DNA from: Blastocladiella emersonii ATCC 22665
Taxonomy: Eukaryota; Fungi; Blastocladiomycota
Assembly: GCA_025594325.1 (NCBI GenBank)
Contig: JANHCV010000015.1
Coordinates: forward strand, 806,001 to 870,000
Direction of reading: 5' to 3'
Length of the DNA stretch: 64,000 bases
The translations under genes were made by a program, and so were the position numbers. This document shows positions 32,888 to 44,555 of this stretch, one piece after another (position 1 is the first letter of the stretch; each line of letters begins with the position of its first letter). The notes beneath the pieces are model-generated. The model searched no databases. It was given only the letters and a program-made list of their open reading frames with translations, and was not told the origin of the DNA.

Positions 32888-35800
32888 CTAGTTGAGCTCA
32901 ACGAGTCGCTCATCAGCAACCCCAAAATCAAACTCCTCGTCGTGCTCCCAGTTGTACTCGGTTCCGTTTGCAGAGTACGTCGGGAGCAGGAAGCACCGGT
33001 AGAAGCCAGACTTCATCAGCTCGAAAGTCTTGGGGTTGAAGCCTCCCTCGTTCAGTTTGATTTTGGTGGGCGCTGAGAGGATCCCGTCCTTGAGGAATTT
33101 GATGAAGCACGGCATGAACCGCGGCGATATCTCCAGACGAGCAGTTCGACTGGGTCCGCCAGTAAGGCTGAGCATCAAACTGGGCAGATAGCCGCTGGCT
33201 GCCTCGGAAGAGTAGCCGCGTTTAAGCATGCCCCACGACTCAAGGATCGTCGTGTTCGGGATGAGAGTCACGTCAAGCACAGGCGTGGGAGCGTGGTCCA
33301 GTCCAGGCGCTGGGTAGACCGCCATGCGGTTCAAGAGAAAGATCACGACACGATCCCCCTGACCGTCAAGGGCCTGCGCAATCAGCACGTCTTGTTTCAT
33401 CGCGTCGGTAAGCTGTTTGAAGATGTGGTGCAAGAACTGCGCCTGCTCCACAACAGACGGCTCGCCTGCGAGTGAGGCGGTGGCCGCAAGCAATTTGGGC
33501 GTGCTCGGCTCAAACTCGTCCCGTGCCGTCATGCACAAAGCCTTGAGCGCGGTAACCTGCTCCCAAGAATCCAAATTCGTCCGCCCGTAAGGAAAGACGT
33601 CTGAGTAATCGGGAAGGTAAGGGACGAAGGCGAGCTGACCGTGAATCGGAGCCAGCGCGCGCGAGACGGTCAGGATCACACGGCGAAGATCGCGTCGTAG
33701 TGTCAGATTGGTGACCTGGACAGGGCACGAGAGCCGATACGACTGCGGCAGTCCACCGACAAACAGGTCGAGAGTGCCAAGAATTGCCTTGGACGAAGTC
33801 ACGGCCCGCGCCTTGATCTCGGCGCGAAGCTTGTCATGGGGAAGCGAGAGCACAAGCTGGATCGACTCTGCGTCCTCAGTCGCGGACACGACGGGGAGGA
33901 TCGCGCGTTTCTGGATGACCACGCCGCTCTTGGGCGTAGGCACGTACCGGTTCGCTGCGGCGTAGAGCGCCGCCTGCTGGAACGTGCAAGAAAGCGCGCC
34001 AAATGCAACTCGCATCACCGCGACATCGGTAAGCGAAAGTCGACTCGTGACTGGAGCAGGATTCAAGCCCAACAATCCAGTCGCCAAGACGCGATCAAGG
34101 CGAACACGAGGCTGCAAGTCGGCGAAATCTTCAACAACGTCGCGTGGGACGTACGCGGCAACGCGCGCCTCGTCCACGCCGGGAAGTCGGGTAACGCGCA
34201 GGCTCCGGAACTCGTGCACGATCGACCCGACCTGGATCTCGAGCGACGCCAGAAAGGGCTTCAACATCGAGTCGCGCGCAATCGCGACGTTGCCCTCGAC
34301 GAGGTACAGGAACTTGTCGTCGTTGTCAGCCGAGGACTCGGCCGCATTGATGGGGAAACCGTAAAGCTGAGCGAAAGCGAGCAGCTCGGCGGTCATCGTT
34401 GAAAAGAGCGGGTTATCAAGAAACCGAGCCCAGAAATCGCGCATGTCGGGCCACGGCGGCGAGTGAGCAGCCGCACCGGCCCACGAGATGCGACCAGCAG
34501 CAAGGGCGTGGCCGACGAGTTTTGGTAGCAGCGCCCCGACCGCGCACGAAGCAGCTACATGGATTGAGCGGGAGCGTTTAAGACAATTGATTCCGTCGTG
34601 AAATGAGGAAGCAAGACGCACCCATGGTTCGATTCAAGGCGGCAGTAGGAGGCTCGCGAAGCTCAGACGCGCAGCGAACAAGGACATCCAACAGGAACGG
34701 TGACTCGCTCAGCGCAATCGGCACGCTCGGGAAGTCAAGCTTGGCAAATGTAAAGGTCTCGCAGCTGCGGCTGTCGTACCGCTTGATGTGCCCCTTGCTC
34801 CATGCAAAGCGCGAGGCCTCCGAACTCAAATCGCCGTTCGGCGTACTTTCAAGGTAGTTGAGTCCGAGAAGCGTCGGAAACGCCTCGAGCGGGAGGCCGG
34901 TAGCGCGGCAAACAAATTCGTCGCGCGAAGCAGCAACAGAAGAGAGGAACTCGGTCGACGCATAGATGAGCGACCGCAAGCCGGCCTCGTTGTTCGCCAG
35001 CAGCGGTGAAGCGTGGACGAGAAGGTTGAGCAAGCCGCGCGTGTCCATGTCCGAGCCCGTGTGGATCGCGTGGAAGCGCTGCTCCCGCGTGACAAGCGAC
35101 TCCATGACCGCGAGCGGGCTGCCGACGCAGAAAGCAACACAGACATGAAACTTCGGGGGGACAGAATCGCCTCCGGGCTCGGTAACAAGCGGGTACGAGC
35201 CTTTGCGGTGCTTATCGGCACCGGGGCCGAACGCGGACACGAGTTTCTGAAGCAGGTCGGCGCGCGCTTGATCCACTGCGTTGATGAAGTCCATGTTGAC
35301 GACGTGAAGCGCATCGAGAAGAGAGCGACCGTATGACAACGTGAAGCCAAGTGAGCCGTCAGCATTGACCAGGAACATGGTGTGATTGACAGCAGTCTCG
35401 ACCTGGCCTTCCGGGTCCTGACCATCCGAGTGATCCTTCGTTTGATAGAACGTGCCGTCGGTGATAATCGCAATCAACTCTTTCTCAAAGTCCAAGTCGG
35501 CAGTACCAGTCACAAATTCGTCGGTCACGCGGCGCAAGAACCGTTTCGCTGCAAGTTCGGCATGCGGGAACGGGAAACACGCATCGCGAGAGAGCATGTC
35601 ATAAGCAAATTGCGACATTTGGAGTCGATCGGGAGACCAGCTGGCAGCGAGCCACGATTCCCAGCAATGGCGGACCGCGCGCAAAGTTTCGTCATCAACC
35701 ACGCGAATCTGGGCCGTCGGGCGCTTCCAGTTGACAGTAAGGCATGACCGCATCTGAGCATTCCAATAGTCGCGAGCATCCGGGTCGAGTCGAAGCGAAA

Positions 35801-36203
35801 AGTAAAGCTGACCAACGAAGCTCTCGGGGACAGGCCCGCGCGAGATGGCGTGAAGAAGAAGAATGTCGCGGGCGAGCACCTCGGCGTGCGTGTTGGCGAG
35901 AACGAAGTTCAGGTCCGCGGTGCCGTACTTGCGCTTTGCCTCGCCGATTGTATGCGCAACGTCCCGAATGTTGCTGAACTGTAGCGCGAGCACGTCGAGC
36001 TGTTTGATGTCGCGCGGGTTGTGGTACAAGAGCAAGTCGCGCGGCAAGTTCCGGCCGTAAGGCATGTAGGGATCCGACTTGTCGTCGCCGAGAAACGTGG
36101 GACCCGTCAAGGTCGGCGCGGCCAGCGGCGAGTGAGCCGCGCCGCGGGCAGCGCTAGAGCCACTGGAAGCTTTGCCGCTAGTCCTATTTCTTTTCTGCTT
36201 CAT
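32888..36203 (-). CDS. DUF4470-like paralog P2, apparently intact, two exons
   Basis: ORFs 34578-36203 and 32888-34621 overlap across an intron (~34559-34620, GTGCGT..TGTAG) and align with P1 and P3 along their length. Confidence 0.75.
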
Positions 36204-36500
36204 CTGCTAGCATGCATTCGTAGCAAAGGAGCGAAAGTCGACGGGCGAAGCCGACCAAGTCGGCAAGCCGCAGAACCCGAACATCACATGATCGATCACT
36301 ATGCGATCAGCAACTTTCACCACGCGACTTGCACTTATGTCCTAACGTTTGCCTTTACTCACGCTAAGTTCGAGGTGAAGGGTTCGCTCCTATGCTTGCT
36401 GACGCGACGTCCTCGCTGGATGTGGAACCTTTAAAAAAACTTGGTTGATGTTTATTCTACGAAACGGTTTGAGGAGTTCCAGCTCCGCGGTCCGACCACC

Positions 36501-36990
36501 TTACGCGACGGTCGACGTGGTCACGGACGCAGCGGCCTCGGCCTGCGCGTGCGCGTCGGCGGCGTGCGAGACCGACGACGAGAACTCGTCGACGCTGTTG
36601 TGCGAGGCGCTGGCGGCCGAGAACGACTCGGCGTGCTGCTGGTGCTGAGCCGAGGAGGCCTGGAAGGCATCGCCGACCGACTGGAACGCGTCGCTGGCGT
36701 TGTCAGCCGACTGCAGGTACGAGCCGTCGTCGTCGCGCTGGCACCGGCCGCCGTGGCCGTAGCCCCAGTTACCGTTGCCACCCCAGTTGCCGTGGCCGCC
36801 GTTGCCACCCCAGTTGGAGCTCCAGTTGCTGCTCCACTCGGACGACCACTCCGAGTGCCACTCGGAACGCCACTCGGAGCTCCAGTTGCTGCTGTGCCCG
36901 TTGTTGTAGTGGCCGCCGTTGTTGTAGTGCTGGCCGTTGTTGTAGTTGCCGCTCTTCTTGGGCGGCGCGCCGTAGCCGTAGCCGCCGCCG
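36501..36990 (-). pseudogene. 5'-truncated copy of the G/N/W-rich gene at 43419-43940
   Basis: 36579-36952 appears identical to 43518-43891 (constant offset 6939). An in-frame TGA lies just upstream of HNSNGGGYGYG with no ATG between. Confidence 0.7.
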
Positions 36991-37149
36991 TTGCTGTTGT
37001 GACCTCAGGCAGGCTCACCGAGCCCTCAGCATCCTAAACTTGCTATAGACACTCGGATGATGCGAGGCAGTGCATCAAAAATTGCTATAACGGGCGTCTG
37101 TGTCAAGGAGCAGCGCCAAGGAATGCTGACCAACAACTTGTTGGTCGTT

Positions 37150-37300
37150 TGAAGCGCACGGGGATGCGGTCATTGACAAGCTCGCCGCTCTAAACGGCGT
37201 GGAGAATCATGAAGTCACGCGCGAGGACCTCGCGATGCGAGTTGCTGAACGCAAAGCTAAGCTTGGCTGTGGCGTACCTGCGCATCACCTCGCTGACCAT
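37150..37300 (-). pseudogene. relic fragment of a further DUF4470-like copy
   Basis: Manual translation MVSEVMRRYATAKLSFAFSNSHREVLARDFMILHAV*SGELVNDRIP aligns with P3 TIGEAKRKYGTADLNFVLINTHPEVLARDLLVLHAISTGEFANDRVP. Confidence 0.75.
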
Positions 37301-40300
37301 GAATGAATATTGCCGGATTTGAGCGCAAGCAAGCCATGTTTTTGACGTGCGTGAATTGAAGTGACGGCACCACTATTTGATAAGCACGACCACGGCCCGG
37401 AGACATGTTTACTCTCAGCAGTATCCATGCTCGAAGCAATGTTGGAAATGAATCAAATACAAATTGTGCAAATTAGCAACAAATCAACAAATCAACAAAA
37501 ATCCTAGTCGTCAAGCTCAACGATGCGATCATCCACGATCCCGTAGTCAACGTCCTCCTCACTCTTGCCATCATTGAGTTTCTGGATCGGGACGCGGTAC
37601 TCGGCCCCGTTCGTTGGGAAGAAGGCAGTGAGAAATGTCCGAAGCATGATTCCACTGAGCTGGTCAAGGAGGTCGGAACGACCACCCCGATCGTTGGTGC
37701 CGGTTCGGGTGGGCACCGAGAGGAATCCGTCAACGATAAGCTCCTGAAAGACGGTGATGTAGTTCGAGGGGATGACCAGCTCCATCGTCTGCTCGGGGGC
37801 AAAATTGAGCTTCCGAATGGACACAGGCAAAACCGCGTTTACGAGAGAGCGGTCGCCAGTGGGCACTGGACGACCCCATCGCACTGCAATGTCAGGGTGA
37901 GGAAGAACGCTGACGTCAAGCATTGGTGTCGAGACGTGGTCCGAATCAAGCGCGGGGACCACCATCAACCGGTTCAGCAGGAACACAGCATAGTGGCCGC
38001 GCCCAGCTTCACGGACGTCAACCATGGCGATTCCGTCGCTGAACGCGACCATGAGCTTTTTGATGGTGACACGAAGGAAGCGGGCCTGCTCCGTGACAGA
38101 TGGATTGTGCGTCGCCAATTTCTCCAAGTGGTTGACAGTCGCAAGCTCCTCCGCGGTCGCCGCCAAATCCAGAGCGTGAAGCGCAGCTTGATGCTCCGCC
38201 ATACTAGCATCACCAGCGGAGTAAAGGTCCGAGTAATCGGGCATGCAAGGAACGAGCTGCAGAAACGGAAGCGTAGCCGTGACGGGCGAAAGTACTCGAG
38301 AGACGGTGACCATGACGCGGCGAAGATTGCGCTGGATTGTAAGCTCGGCAAGCGTGACAGGGCAGGCAAAGCGATAGGATACGTGATTCGCCCGGCCCAT
38401 TGTGAGAGAAAGATTTCCAGGCCAGGCTCCGGCTCTCGGAGGCGGCCGCTCCTTGATCTCAGCACGGAGCTTGTTGTTTGGAAGCGAAAGAACGAGGCGA
38501 ATAAAGCCAGCATCTTCGACCGCGCTCACAACTGGCAATGTCGGGCGATTCTGGAGGACGTCAGTGGGAAGCGTAATGACGCATCGATTAGCCGCAGAAA
38601 AGTCGATTGCGCAAAGAAAGGTGGATGAGAGCGATCCAAAAGGAACCATGGTCGACTTGACAGCAGAAAGACTCAACCAGGTCGTTGCTGCGACCGCAGT
38701 TCCGGCCAAGACGCGGTCAAGACGGAGTCGCGGCTTCAGGTCGGTCGGCGACTGAACGACGTAAGCCGGGACGTAGGCGGCCACGCGCATTTCGTTGCCC
38801 GTCGGAAGCTGGGAGAGGTGGAGACTCCGAAACACGTGCGTAAACGACCCGTCGCAAATCTCGAGCGACGCGCAGAATGGCGTGAAAGTCGCGTCGCTGG
38901 GTCGATCAAGCGTGCCCTCGACGAGGTACAAGTCATCGACCTGTGTGTCGACTGCGTCAATGGGAAACCCGTAGAGCTGGGCCTGAGCGAGCACCTCCTC
39001 AGCTCCGGCCGTGAGTTGCGGGTTTTCGGCAAACGTGGACCAGAGCTCTGGCATCTTGGGCCGAGGTAAGCACTGGGCCGCAGGACTGCTTTACGTAAGG
39101 CGCCCAGCGGCGAATGCAAACCCAAGAAGCTTTGGGATAAGCGCGCCGGCCGCGCAAGAGGAAGCTACAAATGGTATTCGGCGATGGTGAGCGACCAATA
39201 GCCAACCGATTGCGGAGTGTATGAGCGAGGCATACCAAGGCTTCGGCTGGACACCGCAGCTGGGAAATGGCAAGAACGCTCGGCGCAATTGATGAGAGCT
39301 TCGAGAAGGAACGGCGACTCTTTCAGCGCAATCGGGACGGTTGGAAAGTCAAGCTTGACAAAGGTGAACCGCTCGCTGCTCCGGCCATCGGACTGCTCGA
39401 CATGGCTCTTGCTCCAAGCGAAGCGCGAGACGTGAGAAGTCCAGTCTTCATAAATTGCGCGTTCATGGAAACTGAGTCCCAAGAGCGTCGGGAAAGCCTC
39501 GAGCGGAAGGCCAGTGGCAAGGGAAACGAATTCGCTGTGAGAGCAGGAGACGGCTGAACGATAATTGGTCGAGGTGTAGACATGCGAACGGAAGACGCCC
39601 GAAGAGACGGCGAGAAGCGGCGACGCGTGAACGAGAAGATTGAGCAGGCCGCAAGTGTCCATCGCTGAGCCCGTGTGGATCGCGTTGAACCGCTGTTCAC
39701 GCATGACCAGCGACTCCATGGCCGCAAGCGGGTGGCCGACGCAGAATGCAATGTGGCACTGGAAGAGCGGCGGAGTGGGCGTCTTGTCCCATTCCGTGAC
39801 AAGTGGATACGAACCTGCGCGTCGAGTCTCGGACCCTGGGCCAAAAACGGGTGCAAGTGCATCAAGAAGGGCAGCACCAGCTCGCGTCGTCGTTCCAATA
39901 AACAGGTTCTTTTCGGCGACGTGGACAGTAAGCAACGGTGTGTGTCCGGGTGGCATTGAGAAGCGGAGTGAACCGTCAAGAGCGACGCGAAGCATGGTCC
40001 GGTTGACAACGGCGTTGGGATGGGTCGATTCATATTCAGCGCTTTTTTCCGCCATCAAGGAGGGTGCGTGGCTGCGAGCTTCAGACGGATCGCGGGCGCC
40101 CTCGTAGTATTTATCACGGCAGGCAAAGAGCTGCTCGGGCGACCAGTCGGCAGCGAGCCACGACTCCCAGCAGCGGCGTACCGCACGAAGGGTGTCGTCG
40201 TCAAAGACGCGGATCCGGTCTGCCGGGCGATTCCAGTTCACCAAGAGGCACGAGCGCATCTGGGCGTCCCAAAAAGCGCGGGATTCCGGGTCGACAAGTA

Positions 40301-40703
40301 GTGAAAAGTACAGCTGACTGATGAAGCGCGCAGGAACACGGTCATTGGCAAACTCGCCAGTCGAGATCGCATGGAGCACCAGCAAGTCACGCGCAAGGAC
40401 CTCGGGGTGCGTGTTAATAAGCACAAAGTTGAGGTCGGCCGTGCCGTACTTGCGCTTGGCCTCGCCGATCGTGTGCGCCACGTCGCGTAGGTTGGCGTGC
40501 TGAAGAGCGAGAACGTCAAACTGCTTTGCGAGTCGCGGGTTGTGGTACAAGAGCAAGTCGCGCGGGTAAGGGCCCGTTTGGTTCCGGGGTGAATCAGGTG
40601 GATCAATCGATTTTACACGGTCCGGTGTTCACCCAGCTGAAACGTGGCATTTTCACCCCGTCGCGTTCATCGCGGCGTTTGGGTCGACCCCCGGATGAGC
40701 TGA

Positions 40704-41168
40704 ATGGAACCCTCGTCGCTGAATTGCCCGTCTGCTCGCCCCCGAAACCTTCAGGCTGTGCTTCCCGGCCTATATAAACGCTGTTTTCCTTCGTGGGGCA
40801 GCTCGACCACCACCGGCGAGTACTCGCACCTCGAGCAGGACGGCAAGGAGTCTGGTGACGTGGAAGGTGTCGATGGTCAAGACGACGCGGCCCCCGCCAG
40901 CAAGCGCAGCCGCACTTCGGACAGCAGCTCGCGTCGCCTCTCGGACTCGGAATTCCTCATGGGCATCAAGGAGGTGTTCCAGAGCGTCGCGACCGCCGAC
41001 TCCAAGCCCGTCTTGACCGCCGCACTTGAATGGGTCCAGGACGCGTACAACGACAATGAAGAGTACCAGATCGACGTCGCCACCCGCCTGACCGAGGATC
41101 AAGCGCTTCGCGTCATGGCCGTGTCCGAATCGAAGCGCAAGCGCATCCTCGAGATTTTCATTCAGTAG
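40704..41168 (+). pseudogene. C-terminal remnant of Harbinger ORF2 (Myb/SANT partner protein), N-terminus apparently deleted
   Basis: Convergent with the transposase as in PIF elements; LYKRCFPSWGSSTTTGEYS resembles the post-Myb ..F.g..ATG.. segment; no SANT helices are visible. Confidence 0.5.
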
Positions 41169-41481
41169 CTCACTCGCACATGTCCCCCTCCCCTCGCGTT
41201 GCTTCCTGGCCTTGTTCTCGCCCATTTGTGTCCAATACATCTGGCTTTGTGTCCATCGTATCTTCAATCGTTACCCTTCGCTCGAAAATGACGCGACTCG
41301 TTGAGAAACGCGTGGTTCTCAAAGTGTCTCGCACGTCACGTGATTGATCGACGCGTCTCCACCGATGCGTTCTGACCTCAGCGACGCGTCAAATCATCTG
41401 GAATCGCTTATCTAACGTTATAGTACTTGACAAATCAGTATATTACAGCATGCATGCGGGTACAACAATTATTTCGCGCCT

Positions 41482-42799
41482 TCAAAGACGGGTCCCACGA
41501 GCGGCCATGACGCGCCTGTACTCGGTCCAAAGAACATTTGCGACGCGGTTCCGAAGCGAGATACCGCGCTGACGAGCTCCGTCCAGCGAGGCCTCGAGGA
41601 CAGCGGCCTCGTCGTCCTCCTCGTTCTCGTCGTCCAGGGGCTCGCGCCCACGCACTGGCGCCTCACGCGCCGCGTCCCGCGCGCGCCGGAGCTCCGTCTC
41701 GGCGTCGCGAAAGAAGGCGTCGCCGCCTTGGTTCCACTTGTTGATCATGTTGTGCAGCGTGCAGAGCGCGTACACAAGCTTGACTTGAGTCTTGATTGGG
41801 TAGGCCGCGCCAATCGAGAGGACGCGGAAACGCTTCTTGAGCACGCCAAAGATATGCTCAATGGAGTTGCGGAGCGACGCGTGACGCAGATTGAAAAGCT
41901 CTTCGCGGTTCTTAACTCTACGTACGTTGGTGAAGCAGATGAGATGGCGCCAACGTGATGGTCATGGCAGTGAGAACGTACCCATCCTTGCCGCGGGCAA
42001 ACTCGCGAAGATGATAGCGGGTACCGCTGAAGGGCACGATGATGGACGTGCGGTTTGCGTAGCCGCCGTCGGTGAGGTAGAAGCGGCCGGCGGGGATCTT
42101 GAACCCACGGGCGAAGGCGTCCGAGAGCACGCGCGAGTCATGCGCCTTGCCCTCCCACCCTGCGAGAACGTAGGTGAAGTTCAAGTCAAAGTCGCAGGCA
42201 GCGAGGACATTTGAGTATATGGTCCCCTTGCGGTTTCGGAACGAGTCGTGAAGCTTAGTGGGCACAACAAACGGGATGTGCGTTCCGTCAAGCGCGCCGA
42301 CCGCGTTCTGGAACGGAGCGTATTTCGGGTCGTGGGCGATGCGCTCATGCACGGGCGTAGAATCGGACGGCTGGACAATGAACTCGGGCATCAGGCGGTA
42401 CAGAGCGTCGAGCACTTGCTTCAGAACCCTGGACGCGGTCTCGCCAGAGATTTGGAACCGCTCCCTGAGGTTGCGGTTGGTGCTGCCCTCGCCGGCCATG
42501 ACAAGAAAAACCATGAAGCGCGCCTCGACGGACAGCTCGCGGCCGTCGGCGAGAAGGCCACGGTCGCGGAACAGGCGGCAGATGGCCTTGAAGGTCTCGC
42601 GGGGCATACGGGCGATTTCCGAAAAACGCGTTTCGCTGTTGCACGTCAGCAGCTCTTAAACCCACGACTCGCCGGAAAGCGTGGACGTGCGGATAGGCTC
42701 CCACGAGCGGCGCTCGTTGCGAGCAGCGAGACGTCGCAGGAGAGCGAGGGCGGCTGTGAGCATTAGGCCGCGCAGCTTGCGGTTGTATCCCTTGCCCAT
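41482..42799 (-). pseudogene. Harbinger DDE transposase (DDE_Tnp_4/HARBI1-like) with premature stop
   Basis: GALDGTH, YLTDGGY and NSIEHIFGVLKKRF motifs; intron 41918-41981; ATG at 42799; in-frame TAA at 42656-42658 (ESWV*ELL). Confidence 0.9.
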
Positions 42800-43418
42800 G
42801 TTGTTTGAGGGCTCGAGAACACGATGCGTGAGGTTAGGTGTTGATTCGTTGCAATAAGTGCGGCTGCAAAGAGGTGGGAAAGATTTTATTGCGGGGGGGC
42901 GTTCATCCAGCGGGGCGTTTGGTTCGCACGGCCGCTGAGATGAACGGGGGTGAGGTGAAACGTGGCAACTGTTTCAGCTGATCCACCTGATCTGAACCAA
43001 ACGGGCCCTAAGACTGTCCATAAGGGTAATAAGGATCCGATGCATAGTCGCCAAGCAGCACAGGACCCGGCAAGGTCGGCACGGTCGGTAGGATCAAAGC
43101 AGGCGACGGCGAGGAAGTACCGCTGCCTCGGGACGCTTTTCCCTTAGTCTGAGACTTTTTCTTCATTTGTTTTGCATGGAGTGAGGTGTAGGGCGGGAGC
43201 AAGTGGGCGAGGCGACGCTTCGACGACTTCGACTCTCGGTTTGCGAATACGAAGCGTCAGCTGATTTCATCGGCGGCATCGCGATACCCTGCACCCACCG
43301 TTAAGCCCTTTTCACTCTCTGACCCTCAACGAACGCGTCAAATACTTTGAAACAAACTATAGGATTATTCTATGAGACAAAAATGGTTTGAAGTGACCAG
43401 CTCCACGGTCCGACCACC

Positions 43419-43940
43419 TCACGCGACCGTTGACGTGGTCACCGACGCGGCGGCCTCGGCCTGGGCGTGGGCGTCCGCGGCGTGCAAGACAGACGAGTGG
43501 TCGACGGCCGAGGCAGCCGAGAACTCGTCGACGCTGTTGTGCGAGGCGCTGGCGGCCGAGAACGACTCGGCGTGCTGCTGGTGCTGAGCCGAGGAGGCCT
43601 GGAAGGCATCGCCGACCGACTGGAACGCGTCGCTGGCGTTGTCAGCCGACTGCAGGTACGAGCCGTCGTCGTCGCGCTGGCACCGGCCGCCGTGGCCGTA
43701 GCCCCAGTTACCGTTGCCACCCCAGTTGCCGTGGCCGCCGTTGCCACCCCAGTTGGAGCTCCAGTTGCTGCTCCACTCGGACGACCACTCCGAGTGCCAC
43801 TCGGAACGCCACTCGGAGCTCCAGTTGCTGCTGTGCCCGTTGTTGTAGTGGCCGCCGTTGTTGTAGTGCTGGCCGTTGTTGTAGTTGCCGCCCCAGTTGC
43901 CGCCGTTGTAGCCCGAGTTGCAGTTGGCGCCAAAGGTCAT
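43419..43940 (-). CDS. small G/N/W/S-rich low-complexity protein (YNNG and WSSE repeats)
   Basis: ATG at 43940 downstream of TATAAAG (~44041-44047); strong codon bias; no signal peptide visible. Confidence 0.75.
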   Translation of the reverse strand: MTFGANCNSGYNGGNWGGNYNNGQHYNNGGHYNNGHSSNWSSEWRSEWHSEWSSEWSSNWSSNWGGNGGHGNWGGNGNWGYGHGGRCQRDDDGSYLQSADNASDAFQSVGDAFQASSAQHQQHAESFSAASASHNSVDEFSAASAVDHSSVLHAADAHAQAEAAASVTTSTVA

Positions 43941-44555
43941 GTTGTTAATGCGTCGTCTAGTAGAGGGTGGGGGAGGGAGAGGTCGCTTGGAGTGCTGCGG
44001 GATGCTGGTCAAGCTGAAGGAGCGCGGGGAGCCCGGCCAGCTTTATACCCTCACGCTCCCGCTGATCCGAGCAAGCGTTGACCGCAGCGACGGAGTTGAG
44101 TCCATCGCATCGACACGCTGTCGCGCGGCTTTAGTCTCGAACGACGGTGCAGTTTCGGAAGCGAGGCAGCCCAGCCACGGCGAGCGCGACGCGATGGTGG
44201 CGCAGCGCGGCGCATCCTAAGAGCGTGTGGCTCAGCCGTGCGCTGCCTACGCTCGGCCCATGAAAGCTGCGCCACTACGCTGTCGTAACCGCAGCCAAGG
44301 GTTCTGCTGCCTGCTTCGTACACGCGTGAAACTTGTTAGAGCCCGTCTCGACTTCTAAAACGCGACGTCGGATGCGTTCCGCTGCGGGCTGCAGCCGTCC
44401 CAGTCACGCCTTGATGAAATCTTGAACGCGTGGATGGCTCGAACAGCGATAAACCCGCAATGTCACTGAGAAATCGCCGACGACGCGGCACACACGTTCA
44501 GTCGTTGATTGGTAACGGATATATATATGTACAGTGACACGACCGAGTCCTCGCC

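Larger units (their letters stand above)
40570..43008. mobile_element. PIF/Harbinger DNA transposon, 2439 bp, 15-bp TIRs, TAA target-site duplication
   Basis: TIR GGGCCCGTTTGGTTC (40570-40584) and GAACCAAACGGGCCC (42994-43008); TAA at 40567-40569 and 43009-43011; sub-terminal IR ATCAGGTGGATCA / TGATCCACCTGAT. Confidence 0.97.
37504..43166 (-). pseudogene. DUF4470-like paralog P3, split by a PIF/Harbinger insertion and carrying a nonsense codon
   Basis: 5' part 43009-43166 (MKKKSQTKGK..YYPYGQS) rejoins 40566 in frame when the element is removed (YGQSYPRDLLLYHNP). In-frame TAA at 39091-39093 where both paralogs have TGG (Trp). Confidence 0.85.

Noticed and set aside
14361-42658. Several nonsense codons explainable by C>T or G>A (14361, 14391, 27767, 27962, 30086, 39091, 42656) as evidence of a RIP-like process
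   Set aside because: Most stop-creating substitutions are such transitions anyway, ancestral codons are mostly unknown, and the 1.3-kb and 374-bp duplicates show no mutations. A genome-wide dinucleotide-context analysis would be needed.
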